Shown here: positions 33,774 through 44,501 of the stretch, in pieces
Layout: every line of letters begins with the position of its first letter
How positions within the stretch are numbered: the first letter of the stretch is position 1
Origin: Mayamaea pseudoterrestris
Taxonomy: Eukaryota
Length of the DNA: 64,000 nt
Assembly: GCA_027923505.1 (NCBI GenBank)
Contig: BROI01000015.1
Coordinates: forward strand, 496,001 to 560,000
Reading direction: 5' to 3'
Position numbers and translations under genes: made by a program
The notes under the pieces: generated by a model
The model's database searches: none
What the model saw: only the letters and a program-made list of their open reading frames with translations
Told to the model about the DNA's origin: nothing

Positions 33774-35390
33774 ATGGACAAGTCAAATAAGAATACCAGC
33801 GACGAGAACTATGTCGCCAAAGAACTTGTTTTGTCATTGTCGCATCAGGTGTCATTTTTCTCGTCGCCCAAAAAGTCAGCTCACCAACGTGGTTCCTTTC
33901 CCTCCCCTCGCTGCCGCTCCTTGTCGCCCGTCCAAGATAAGATTGTACCGGACAAGACACGCAAGTGTAGCTCTCTCACTAAGCGCTCTTTGACGCGAGA
34001 CGAAGTTGAGAATTCATGTCCGACGCCTATGACGCTGGTTGATTCCCAGTGGCCTCCGCAGCAGCCGCAGCTCTGCACATTGCCACCAGCCCAGGATTCA
34101 TATGCGTTGTTGAAATCCAAAGATACTTCCGATGAGCCTTCACAGCAACCTCATTCGCCGGCCGAACCAGCCAAGGATTCGCCTTGCAAGGAGAAGCTTC
34201 AGCTTCATTCATCACCATCAGAGCCTTCCCATGGTCCACCTTTGCTCCAGTACGAAAAGGCCACCGTCGAGCAACAAGTCGCAAAACTCCAAGCCGAGAA
34301 GGCCACCGTCGAGCTACAAGTCGCAATGCTTCATCGCGAGAAGACTATCATTGAAGGACGAGTTGCCAAGCTCCGTGTCGAAGAAGACGCTCACTTTCGT
34401 GACTTGCTGAAATTTCACGAGGAGAAGGGCGCCCTCACGTGGCAAAAGAAGTACGTCGAGCTCGAGACCACGATTATCGAACGCGAAAAACTTTTAAGCG
34501 AGCAGCAGAAAGCCGAGCTGACCGAGCGTGCCATGTCTCTCCAGAAACAAGAGCACGAACTCGACCAGGAAAAGATCGCATTTTTGAAGGGAAAGGAGGA
34601 GCTCAAGCTATCGCAGGCAGCCTTTTTCAAAGAAAAAGAGGAATTCAAACGGACCAAGGAATTTATTATGGCGAAGTTCCAGGAGGCGAAAGAGGAAACT
34701 GGTACCATGGAAGATTTCGCCTCTTCCACGCCGATGGAGTTCAAAAACATTACTTGCTGGACGAATGATGCGTTTCGCGCCAGCAACGACAACGCCTCGG
34801 AGGGAGACCTTGGGATGTCCTCGGTAACGGAACAATACCGCGGCACTCTCTCTTGCTGGACCCATGATCAGCTTTCGAACAAGCATCGCTTGGAAAAAAT
34901 CGTTCGGGAATCTGAGGGACCCGACAAAATCGTCTTTGTTTTGACGCAGGATTCATTTATTGTCAAGGATGGATTTATTGTTGTGCCGGACGCACTAAAG
35001 CAAACATTTGAACGCTGCAAGGACGAAATTCCTGAAATTCCTGATATTCGCGTCGACATTAAATATTATGCTTGGTCCGAATCCAAAACGGAATTGGTTT
35101 TTAAACACTACAAATCCTTGCTCGCCAATGCTCGCTCCCTCGCTATGGAAGGTCAAATGTTGCACGTCGTCATGACTCCACGCATTGCTGGGATGATTTC
35201 GTATGAGAAGGCGGCGATGCTAGGCGACACGTATGTCATGAGTTCGACCCTTCCTGTTGCCTTCGCGGCGACCGGAGGCAACGAGCACCAGAACGACGAG
35301 AACCTTGCTTCCGCGGATATCGTCGAAACTCGGGAGCTCAAGCGCAAATTGAAAAAGAAAAATATGTGCAAGGCTATCCGTTGCGGATGA
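33774..35390 (+). CDS. Orphan coiled-coil protein
   Basis: Intronless ORF with a 14-aa tandem repeat (EKATVEQQVAKLQA), a long E/K coiled coil and an unrecognised globular C-terminus. Start taken at MDKSN. Confidence 0.7.
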   Translation: MDKSNKNTSDENYVAKELVLSLSHQVSFFSSPKKSAHQRGSFPSPRCRSLSPVQDKIVPDKTRKCSSLTKRSLTRDEVENSCPTPMTLVDSQWPPQQPQLCTLPPAQDSYALLKSKDTSDEPSQQPHSPAEPAKDSPCKEKLQLHSSPSEPSHGPPLLQYEKATVEQQVAKLQAEKATVELQVAMLHREKTIIEGRVAKLRVEEDAHFRDLLKFHEEKGALTWQKKYVELETTIIEREKLLSEQQKAELTERAMSLQKQEHELDQEKIAFLKGKEELKLSQAAFFKEKEEFKRTKEFIMAKFQEAKEETGTMEDFASSTPMEFKNITCWTNDAFRASNDNASEGDLGMSSVTEQYRGTLSCWTHDQLSNKHRLEKIVRESEGPDKIVFVLTQDSFIVKDGFIVVPDALKQTFERCKDEIPEIPDIRVDIKYYAWSESKTELVFKHYKSLLANARSLAMEGQMLHVVMTPRIAGMISYEKAAMLGDTYVMSSTLPVAFAATGGNEHQNDENLASADIVETRELKRKLKKKNMCKAIRCG

Positions 35391-35795
35391 ATCTCCGGAT
35401 GACGACTACATTTTCGTGTAAACTAAAACTGCGTATCCACAAACTAATAATTTAGTCTTGTACCACACAGTCGCTTTTGTACAACTACACCGCGTGGTCG
35501 TCATGTCCAATTGGTTTTCTGCAGTAGTCACATGAATTGCTGGCTTGTCCATGGAGATAAACGATGGGTCTGAGCAGTCGTTTACATCTCCTTTCGTCAG
35601 ACGAGATGAGAAACACCTCAACGTTCATTTATAATGCTGTGATACGCTAGATCAACTCTTTGCATCGATATAAGCAAGGTTCTGTAGTGTTTCGAGTGAG
35701 TCTAATCTGCGCCTTGATTGATGACCAAATGACCGGAACAGCATTGACGCCCTTTTATCGTCCGCGTTGGACCTTTCCACATGGAAATCCTCCGC

Positions 35796-37306
35796 CTAGT
35801 CGAGGGTAGCATCAAGTTTCGTGAGCGACTGTCGCCAGTAATCATCACTGGGAAAGTGTTCGTCGTAGTCATCATCTCGCTCCGTTCGTATCTCTCGAAA
35901 CGGCATTAACGATGTTGTTAACTTTGTCTGTAGCGGCAGCATTCCAATGCCAAAGCGTCCTTTTAATATGGAATCGCGTAGTGTGTTGATTCCAATGATT
36001 ATGCGTTTAATGGCACTTGTCGGTTTTGGGCCAAAGGACAAATCAAAAAGTGCCTTGGCTTCTGGCACTTGCTGAATCGAGTATTCGAGCAATGCTTTCC
36101 GCAGCGAAAGTTTCTTGTTTTCAGCATTATAATGCTTGTTTAGCATATCAACCAAAAGCATGGCATCAACGAGGGCGGAATTGACGCCTTGTCCAGAGAC
36201 GCCTCCTGTAGCATGCGCCGCATCACCGAGCAAGACAGCTTTGTGTGAGTAAGCAAATGTGTTGCACTTGACTAAAGAGGCCGTTGATGTTTCTGGGGTG
36301 GCAGCTAATTGTCTGGCGACTTCCGCCAGGTCCGCTCCTTGAAGTTTGGGCCATCGCGCAGACAAGACTTGCTCAAGCTCGGTTGTATTACTACTGCTCA
36401 GCACAGTATCAGTAGCGTTGTTGCCTGCGAATAGTATGCAACAGGAGCCTTGTTTTGTCGGCTCAATGAAGGCAGTCACTGCACCAGCCTTGGGTAAAAG
36501 TAGCGCGACGGCAGTCGCATCCACACGCGGAGGCATGAATTCAAGTCGAACGACCTTGTAATGGCCGGGAATGGGCTCTCGTACCGTCTCAAATGCCGGC
36601 CATGTCTCGTCGATGGCTTTGCGAACAACCGAGTTGACGCCATCACATCCAAGAACGACATCAAATTTCATTGTTTCTCCTTTGGACGTCGTCAATTGCT
36701 GCTTGGTCAAGTCGATGGTTTGCACGCGTTGATCAAAGTAGAATTGAACCAATCCACTGTTCGAATGTCGTTTCTCCAGCTCATCCACCAGCACTCGACA
36801 CAGATCATTCTGATATAGCAATATACTCGGCTCAACGACACGGCCTTGCTCGGGTTGTTCCCCATCGCCAACGTCGCGAAGGCGTAGCTTGAGGCCAAAC
36901 GGCAAGTACAAGTCGAATCGTTCCGACGCGAAGCCTTGACTGCGAATGGCGTTCCATAGCTCCATGTCAACACTTTTAATGCTGGTTCGGCCTCGTCTTC
37001 CAATGCCCAAGGCGTACGCGCGCCCCTTGTCGGTCGGACTGAACCGCGGCCGGCCTTCCAGCAGCGAACACTTGCGCCAGCTTGTGCAAGTCGATGAGCC
37101 GCTAGCAAGCCACTCGGGCCAGCGCCAACAATGCAGATTGACAACGAAGTGAGATCATTTGTTCTTGATGATATTAAAGATGATTTGGAAGATAGTGCAA
37201 ATGGCGACACTGTAGATTGTTTGTTAGCTGGTTTCTCGCTCAGTGGAAAAGTAAAGCATGAAGCTGCATTGCTCGAAAGCAGAAATACAAGAAACTTTGC
37301 AAGCAT
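35796..37306 (-). CDS. FAD-dependent monooxygenase (kynurenine 3-monooxygenase-like), plastid-type presequence, frameshifted near 37065
   Basis: IVGAGPSGL lies in one frame; GCDGVNSVVR and LLGDAAHATGGVSGQGVN lie in another. One missing base links them. Confidence 0.85.
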
Positions 37307-38552
37307 GGCTTCTTGATGCGACTACGTCAATGAGCCTTGTTCGTGAGAACCTTAGGACCTTATTCGCTGGTCGCCTCTGCGTGCGTTAACTGTAAAACGA
37401 AGAGATCGATTTCACCCGATCGTCCTCCATGGTTGGCGCAAACGTTTCGACGAGATGGAGTACGCACGTGTATCAAGGATCGCATATCAGTCATATCCGC
37501 CTACAGCTGTTTCAAGTGAAAGAAAATGTGACACAATGATATTTCCGGCTGTTTCGTCCTTGTTGAGGTTCTCAAAACGCTGATTTACGCTATGCTTCCT
37601 TTTGCGGCTTCATCATCCTCGAGGCAAGCTCGACTTGCTGCTCGCATAATTCTCATAAAACAACAAGCTGTCAAACTTGTTGAGCACTGCCGAGGTTTGG
37701 GATGCAGCGCATATTCTCGTCATTGGCGGTATGAATGATGATGAACGCCACCCTTGAACACTTGCAATTGGCTATTTTGGTTGAACAGGAAATGACTTTA
37801 AGAACGTTGTGTGGATAACGTCGTGCTGAACAAAAGCATCAAGCGTTTGGCCTTGCCGACTGTACAATAAACGAGTGATTTCATTGTAGTCGAGCTCTGC
37901 GAGATCCAATTGCCCAAAGCCATTTGGAGGGCCTGGGCCTATCGTGGGCAAGCTCTGGCTTGTCCGAGGAAGCAATATCAGCTATTTCAACTGACTTGGC
38001 TACCGGTACAAGCATTATCCACACGACAACTGCGATTGTGCGGCATCGCTTCAGCTTTAACATGTGGAATCCCGGTTATTGCACACTGGCAAGAGCAAGC
38101 AGACCCGCAGCTTCGCACTCTCCATCTCATCTTCCGTGGTAGTATATCCAAATAATATAATAGCAGCGGTTGGAATACGTTTTTAGAGACGCGCTTTGCT
38201 AGCGAAAGCTTTTTGGTTTGATAACTATTGAGAGATTTAGTGCAAGTAATTTCAAGGACTTGACCAGAGTTCGAGTTTTCATCACATTGAGCTAAGGAAA
38301 AAGTCAATAAGTTTAAATCAACTTCACTTGAGTGACTCCGCAGCAACCATAACTTGGTGGGCAAGATTTCAGCTCCCCCTTGGCTTCGGAGAGGATAGCT
38401 ACTACTTTATGCATGTAGCGCTGCGACTTTTCATTGCATCGAATCCTTTCGCCTTCTGCAAGCACGGCATCATCGCGATCATTGATCATTCGACTCGTTC
38501 CCAGATTCTGCACCAACGACGCACCTGCTAGTCTTTGAAATCTTAGAGAGCC

Positions 38553-41500
38553 ATGTCGCACATAGAGCCTCTCTTGCCAAAGGATCTCGACGTGGAGGAA
38601 GCCGAGACGGCAAACATCGAGTCGTTGGAGCAAGGGGTGCTGAGTTCGACGAAACACGATTATATTCAAGGCGATGGAGTCAATAGCCGCAGCTTTTCCC
38701 TGCCATCAAGTACTAAAAGGAAGTTTCAGCGTGGAGTTCGCAAGGCCATGATCGCCAAACAGCTTGCAAATAACAAGGTCGGAGTTCATCGTCGGAAAAA
38801 CTCGACTGCCAAGGACATGCTCCGTCAAATTTCAATCGACACTTCGAATGCTGCTTGTACTCAGAATTCTACACAGCAAAGCAAGAGCCATCAGTCTCGT
38901 CGCAGTTTTGAAGACGTCATGTTTCTTACACCGCTTCTTGACGATACTGACAGTGCGGATTCTGCTGATGACGACGGCAACGACAACAATGGAGGCACTC
39001 AATACGGAACATTGCCTGGAAGCAGATCATCGCATCGACTCAGCCGGCCCATCAACACAAATGCAAACACTGATTCATTTTGTTGGAGTAGTCGCATTTC
39101 TCGCAACTTTTGCTGGACTTCTATACAAGCGGTTTTTCACAGCATGCTCCTATGGATTGCCCTGCCATGCGCGATAGCCGCGCTCATTCTCTACTACATG
39201 TTTTCCAATCCAGTCATTGACTTTTTGCCGGGATCTGTCACGATTGCCTGGTGGTTCAACTTCGCTGCGAGACAAACTGTCACTTTTGAACTTGCGCGGT
39301 TGCTGCAGTATGTATTTGTGGATTCCTTGCTGCTCAAGTCAAGGTGGGATCACAGTCAGATAGTGAGCTTTGTCGCATACCACGTACAAGGATGGCCCTT
39401 CATTCTTATTGCGTGGGCGACGATTGACATGTTTGTATTGCATGGCAACAATCAATACCACCTGCATTGGCTTTGGTGGACGAAGTGGAAGATTTACACC
39501 AGCGAGGCAAACTCGGGTGCTTACATTTTGACGTCTGGACTGTACCTGCGTATTCTACTGTCCATGATGTTTCTTGGTGTTGCAACTGCCACCAAACGAT
39601 GCATATTGGAATTGAAATTTGGAGGAAGACTTCATAGGACATTTCAGCCGAAGCTAGAGCAAATTTTGAGGGTACAATCGTCGCACATGTGACTCGGAAA
39701 CGGTTCGTCATTTACTAACTCCTTTTCATACTTGTTCGTCGCAGGAAATTGTGCTTGTGACTGAAATAGCTGCGCTTGGGGAAGAGGCCGACCGTGTGGA
39801 AGATTTGGAAGATGTCGATACGGCGAGTTTTCGAACAAAGGTCGATCAGGACATTGGTGTGGCCTCACAGGCGGTCAATTGGTCCACCGCTAGCATCGCC
39901 AACCTTTCCAATGCCAATTCGGCGGCGGGGAATGCACCGACCCCGGGCGCGGTGGATAGTAGCAAGGAAGGTGCAGGTGTGGACTTGACTGCAGCAGTCT
40001 TAAGTAATGGAAACAATTCAATCGCCGGCATCGAAGCTTTTCTCGATCGTTGGGAAGAGCCGACGCACAATGGTAAAAAGGTACGGGCAAAAAAGGTGAT
40101 ATTTATGTAGCGAATGGGACATTGACTCACCATCTCTTGACAATGCGTATTAGGACTCGGTTATTGGAGTAAATGACGCAGTAACGTTTCGTCAAGTCCT
40201 TGCCCACTTGAGGAAAAAGACACCTTTTGGTGAATCGTTTGGCCCGACCTGGAACCGGCAAGTAACTATCACATCCTCGCAAACATTATACAATCGCTTG
40301 CTAAAGCTTTCCGATGCATCGATGAAGTCTCTTCCATTCGATACACTTTCAGTCATAGCTTATGGAAGCGATGGTACGATGGACAATGCCAAGCTCGATG
40401 CGGTGCGCAAAGTATTCTGTCCTGATGCACAAGGACAACTCCCTTTGATCGCCTTTGTTGGTTCAGTCGATGCTGTATACAAGCGACTTCGATTCTTCCA
40501 GGCGTCGGTAGCAAATGCTTCCAAGCTTGATAAAGTGCTAGAGGATACGCTGAATGTGGTTTTCTTCTTCGTATTGGGATTGCTGATTCTTGTTTTCATG
40601 AACTTTAACCCTTGGCCAGTTCTCGTCTCCATCACTTCACTGCTTGGTACGTGATCACCACTTGTAAACAAGATTTATAACGTGTAGGCAGAACTTGACT
40701 GACTCTCTTTGTTGCTGCAGTCTCTGTATCCTTTGCTTTGGGTACCAGCTTGTCAAAATGGGTGGAAGGAATTTTGCTCATCGCCGTTCGACGTCCTTAC
40801 GATCTCGGAGACAGGATCATCATCACAAGGTAAGATGATTGTGAAGTGCACTACAATTACGCTCGTTCGTCAGATTAACAACATTTTCCTTGTTGCGCAG
40901 CGCTGAATCTCTTGAAAGCCCTGGGTCGTCTGCGAGTTGGTATGTTGAGGGTAAGTATCATATTCCCACTCGAAGAAAGCGCTATTCGCAACAGATCGCT
41001 CACTCCACAATCGTTTGAATCAGATATCAACTTGTTTTCGACCACGTTGCGGTACGCACGGACGAATGAGGTCAGCTCATTGAACAATTCGAGCATTGCT
41101 GCGAGCCGCATCATTAACTGCAACCGCTCCAGCCACGCCATTGTTTTTCTGGACAAGGTCACTCATATTTCAATTCTCGACAGCAAGAATCTTGAGCAGT
41201 TTCAATTGAGTCTTGAAAACTATGTGCGTGATCACCCTCGTATTTGGGACAGTCTCGCATTTCTTCGCATCGAAAGCATAGATACGAATGAGGAGCAAGT
41301 CAAGTTCTCCATGGCCTTCCGACACCGCAATAGTTGGCAGGATGCAGGCCGGATTCTTCTGAATCGCGCCGACTTGGTGCGCTTCGTCTTTGATGCGCTG
41401 AAAGGTAAGCACAGTAAACGGCTAAATTTTTTGTCCCATTTGCTTCAACTCACTTTACTACGCGTTGCTCTTTTGGCGCGTACCCAGGCCTTGACGCTGC

Positions 41501-41681
41501 ATATGACACTCCGCCTATTCGCCAATTGGTGTATTATGGTGGTGAACTAGAGGAGGGACAAGTGAAGGATTACAAGCTCAACCTTTTGAACGCTGCGAAC
41601 ATTCGGAAAAAGTCTGGTCGTCCGCAGAGTCTTTCCGTCGACCTTTTCGATAGTTTACAAAAGCCTTTGGAAGGGGAGTAA
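38553..41681 (+). CDS. MscS-like mechanosensitive channel, multi-exon
   Basis: TM-rich exon 1; SFALG...GILLIAVRRPYDLGDRI; DINLFSTTLRY...LNNSSIAASRIINCNRS; HRNSWQD. Last exon ends KPLEGE* at 41681. Confidence 0.88.
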
Positions 41682-41742
41682 AATGGATGAAATATATTCA
41701 CTGGTCTTATATGTGCAGTGCTTTCTCTAGAGTGTTAAATGA

Positions 41743-42714
41743 CTACCTTGCGGCTTCTAAGCTAGCTCCTACATTCTTCGCACCGGCTTCATCGTCCTCG
41801 TCGTCATCCACGTCCGTCTGAAAGAATGTATAGCTCAACGTGACGCTTCTCACATAGCTGACCTGAGGATCCTTCAAAAAGTCTGGATCGATAAAGAAGA
41901 AGACAGGCATGTCGACCGTTTCGCCCGGCAGCAATCGCTGCTCCTCAAAGCAAAAGCACTGAATCTTTTGAAAGTACAGGCCCACCTTCGGCGGATGTAC
42001 ATTATAAGTAGCAACGCCAGTGATGGCCTTGTCAGAGTGGTTGGTGACGCGAAAGAAACTCAGAGCAGTTTCGCCTGGAACAACCTTGACATCCAACTGC
42101 ACTGGCACAAAGCTCCATGGAAGTACATCACCAACCGTGGTATCAAAGCGAATCGTGACCATATCGGCATTCTTGACGGGCTTCAAAGACGCCAATCGCG
42201 CGGCAGCATCCTCGTCGGTCCACGTATGGACTCGCGTGGAGCTGCCAGAGTTGCCAAAGAAGGCCGGTAGCTGGACTCGATCAAGTGCGGCTTGAAACAA
42301 GGCTGCGACGGAACCCTCCTCGGGAGGCGCTTCATTGATTTGAAAGCGCTGCGTCGTTCCGCCAAAGCCGGTCGTTTGACAGAAAACCTTGTAGAGTGGC
42401 ACGGCTGCGTAGGTTGCCGCAAGCGCCCCAATCACGACGGCGGCAGCGTACCAGGCTATCTGCACGTTGCGTTCCTCCATGGAAATAATGCCGTTGCGGT
42501 TCGATGACTTGTTGTTTCCAAATAGTTTGTAGTAGAGTGTATCTTCACGCTTGCGTTTATAATAATCTAAAGCTGATTGCTGGCGGCGGTGGACATCATC
42601 CGAAAACAAGCGACGACGCATGGTGCAGATGCGCGTCATGTCGACATTTATTCGCTGCATCGCTCTGCATCGCAATTCTGAAGCAAACACGATATTTCTA
42701 ACCAATCTGTGCAT
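41743..42714 (-). CDS. COX11: Cytochrome c oxidase copper chaperone COX11
   Basis: YAAVPLYKVFCQTTGFGG, GVATYNV, YFQKIQCFCFEEQ and TLSYTFF. Confidence 0.97.
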   Translation of the reverse strand: MHRLVRNIVFASELRCRAMQRINVDMTRICTMRRRLFSDDVHRRQQSALDYYKRKREDTLYYKLFGNNKSSNRNGIISMEERNVQIAWYAAAVVIGALAATYAAVPLYKVFCQTTGFGGTTQRFQINEAPPEEGSVAALFQAALDRVQLPAFFGNSGSSTRVHTWTDEDAAARLASLKPVKNADMVTIRFDTTVGDVLPWSFVPVQLDVKVVPGETALSFFRVTNHSDKAITGVATYNVHPPKVGLYFQKIQCFCFEEQRLLPGETVDMPVFFFIDPDFLKDPQVSYVRSVTLSYTFFQTDVDDDEDDEAGAKNVGASLEAAR

Positions 42715-42866
42715 CTTGTTCTCTATGTAAGGTAATGAAGAGTCAATAAAACGATTACCAGTGGATGTGGGATGCTATTTCGGCCATGGTCGCGCGTCGC
42801 ATGAATGCGGTGGTCGACACTCGCCTTTCGCTTTTCAAGAGTGCTCTTCGCCTACCACTTGTTTAA

Positions 42867-43034
42867 CCGGGCAATAGTATGAAACGGGTGCCAGTGAAAA
42901 CTGCGTCATTAGGCAATATCGTGAAACGGATGCCAGTGAAAACTGCGTCACAAGACTGTATTGTGAAACGGGTGCCAGTGAAAACTGCGTCACAAGGCAA
43001 TATCATGAAACGAGTGCCAGTGAAAACTGCGTCA
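42867..43034 (-). repeat. Tandem array B of the same 42-bp unit as array A (4 units), inverted
   Basis: Plus strand GAAACGRRTGCCAGTGAAAACTGCGTCA ends at 42908, 42950, 42992 and 43034, the reverse complement of the array A core. Confidence 0.97.
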
Positions 43035-43203
43035 TACATATATGTGCCTAAAGCGACAGCAGGTGCCACTGCGCCATCTCACCATTGACAAAAATGACCG
43101 AGCGATGACTGATGCGCGCGCATCCAAGATCCGCGTCCGCTTCACCCTCTCGTTGTTCATTCCCCGGAGTGCTCGTCATTTATTGCACGTCCATTCATCT
43201 AAC

Positions 43204-44442
43204 ATGGCCGACACGACCGATCTGCAAGCTCAGCTCAAGGCGCTCGAGGAGCAGCTACAGCGCAAACGTCTTGAGGAAGAAATTGCGCACCTCCAGCTTC
43301 AGTTGGTTTCAGCTTCCAAAGGAAGTGGATCGTTGAGCAATAGTCATCGATTTGCTCCTGCAGTCGCTGCTCAAGTCGACGACGACGAAGAGTATGAAGA
43401 AGAGGAATACACCGAGGAATACGTTGAGGACGAAATGGACGAAGCAGTCATTGTCGAGATAGAACCGGCTCGAGCAGCACCTGGTACACCGTCCCAAGCA
43501 AACGGAGGAGCTGTTCCTCCACAAAACAAGCGGCAAAGCGTTCAGCCAGTGCAACAAACAACTACAGGCGGAGGAATGTTAATGCCAAAAGTTAGATCTG
43601 CTGCGCCCGCCCATTCAAAAACAGCTCCACGATGTACTGCATCAGACACATCGGCATTGTACGACGAACTTAGGGAGCTTGAAGAGGAACTCAAGCGCAA
43701 ACAACTAGAGGAGGAACTGAAAGCGCCTGAACAACAAGCTGCTTCTATGCAAGTTGCTGATGGAACAATTTTGAAACAATCTTTGACACGTTCAGCTTCT
43801 CCTTCGAGCAGGTCAACATCATCCGTCGCCGAACCGTCAGCTCCATTCAAACAGCGCGTCATTCCAAACATTCAAGCCTCTCCGGCCGGACAAGAAACAC
43901 CAATGGAACTCTTGCTTGGCCCAAAGCTGTACAAGAATGGCAAGCTAGTTGCAACAACCACTCGTGCGGGCTGTGAGAGTCAACAAATCATGCTCCTCTT
44001 CTTTGCCGCATCATGGAATCGACTCTGCAAACCATTCTTTCCCAAATTGCTGGACTTTTACAAGCTTGTCAACCAGCCTCATGCCGTCGAATGCATTTAC
44101 GTCTCGACCGATCGCAATTTGAACGAGTTCAAGGAGGCTTTTGCGAAAATGCCCTACCTTGCCATGCCAACTGGCACGGCCGATTACAAGAATCGCATTG
44201 CCAAGGAATTAAAAATTTTGGAGGTTCCCTTTTTGGTCGTCTTGGACGTGGCCACGGCTCAAGTGATTACAACCAACGGAATGGATTTGGTGGACCGGTT
44301 GGAACGAGGTAATTGGGAGCAGGCTAATGCATTGGTCGAAGATTGGAAGCGAGCAACACCAGTGCCGCTTGACCAAGTGCAACTGGATACGCGGCTCGTA
44401 AATGGAGTCATGGAGCGAGGAATACTGTACTGGCACAATTAA
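43204..44442 (+). CDS. Nucleoredoxin/tryparedoxin-like thioredoxin-fold protein with long coiled-coil N-terminus
   Basis: LLFFAASWNRLCKPFFPKLLDFY, IYVSTDR, MPYLAMP and VPFLVVLD...ITTNG. Confidence 0.85.
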   Translation: MADTTDLQAQLKALEEQLQRKRLEEEIAHLQLQLVSASKGSGSLSNSHRFAPAVAAQVDDDEEYEEEEYTEEYVEDEMDEAVIVEIEPARAAPGTPSQANGGAVPPQNKRQSVQPVQQTTTGGGMLMPKVRSAAPAHSKTAPRCTASDTSALYDELRELEEELKRKQLEEELKAPEQQAASMQVADGTILKQSLTRSASPSSRSTSSVAEPSAPFKQRVIPNIQASPAGQETPMELLLGPKLYKNGKLVATTTRAGCESQQIMLLFFAASWNRLCKPFFPKLLDFYKLVNQPHAVECIYVSTDRNLNEFKEAFAKMPYLAMPTGTADYKNRIAKELKILEVPFLVVLDVATAQVITTNGMDLVDRLERGNWEQANALVEDWKRATPVPLDQVQLDTRLVNGVMERGILYWHN

Positions 44443-44501
44443 ATAAATAATTCTTAACACAATGTGTGTAATTTAATTAGGAATGTACATGCACATGTCA
44501 A

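Noticed and set aside
30879..43034. A 12-kb transposon with the arrays as terminal inverted repeats
   Set aside because: There is no transposase and no target-site duplication or matching termini were seen. The interval contains housekeeping COX11 and an intron-rich MscS gene.
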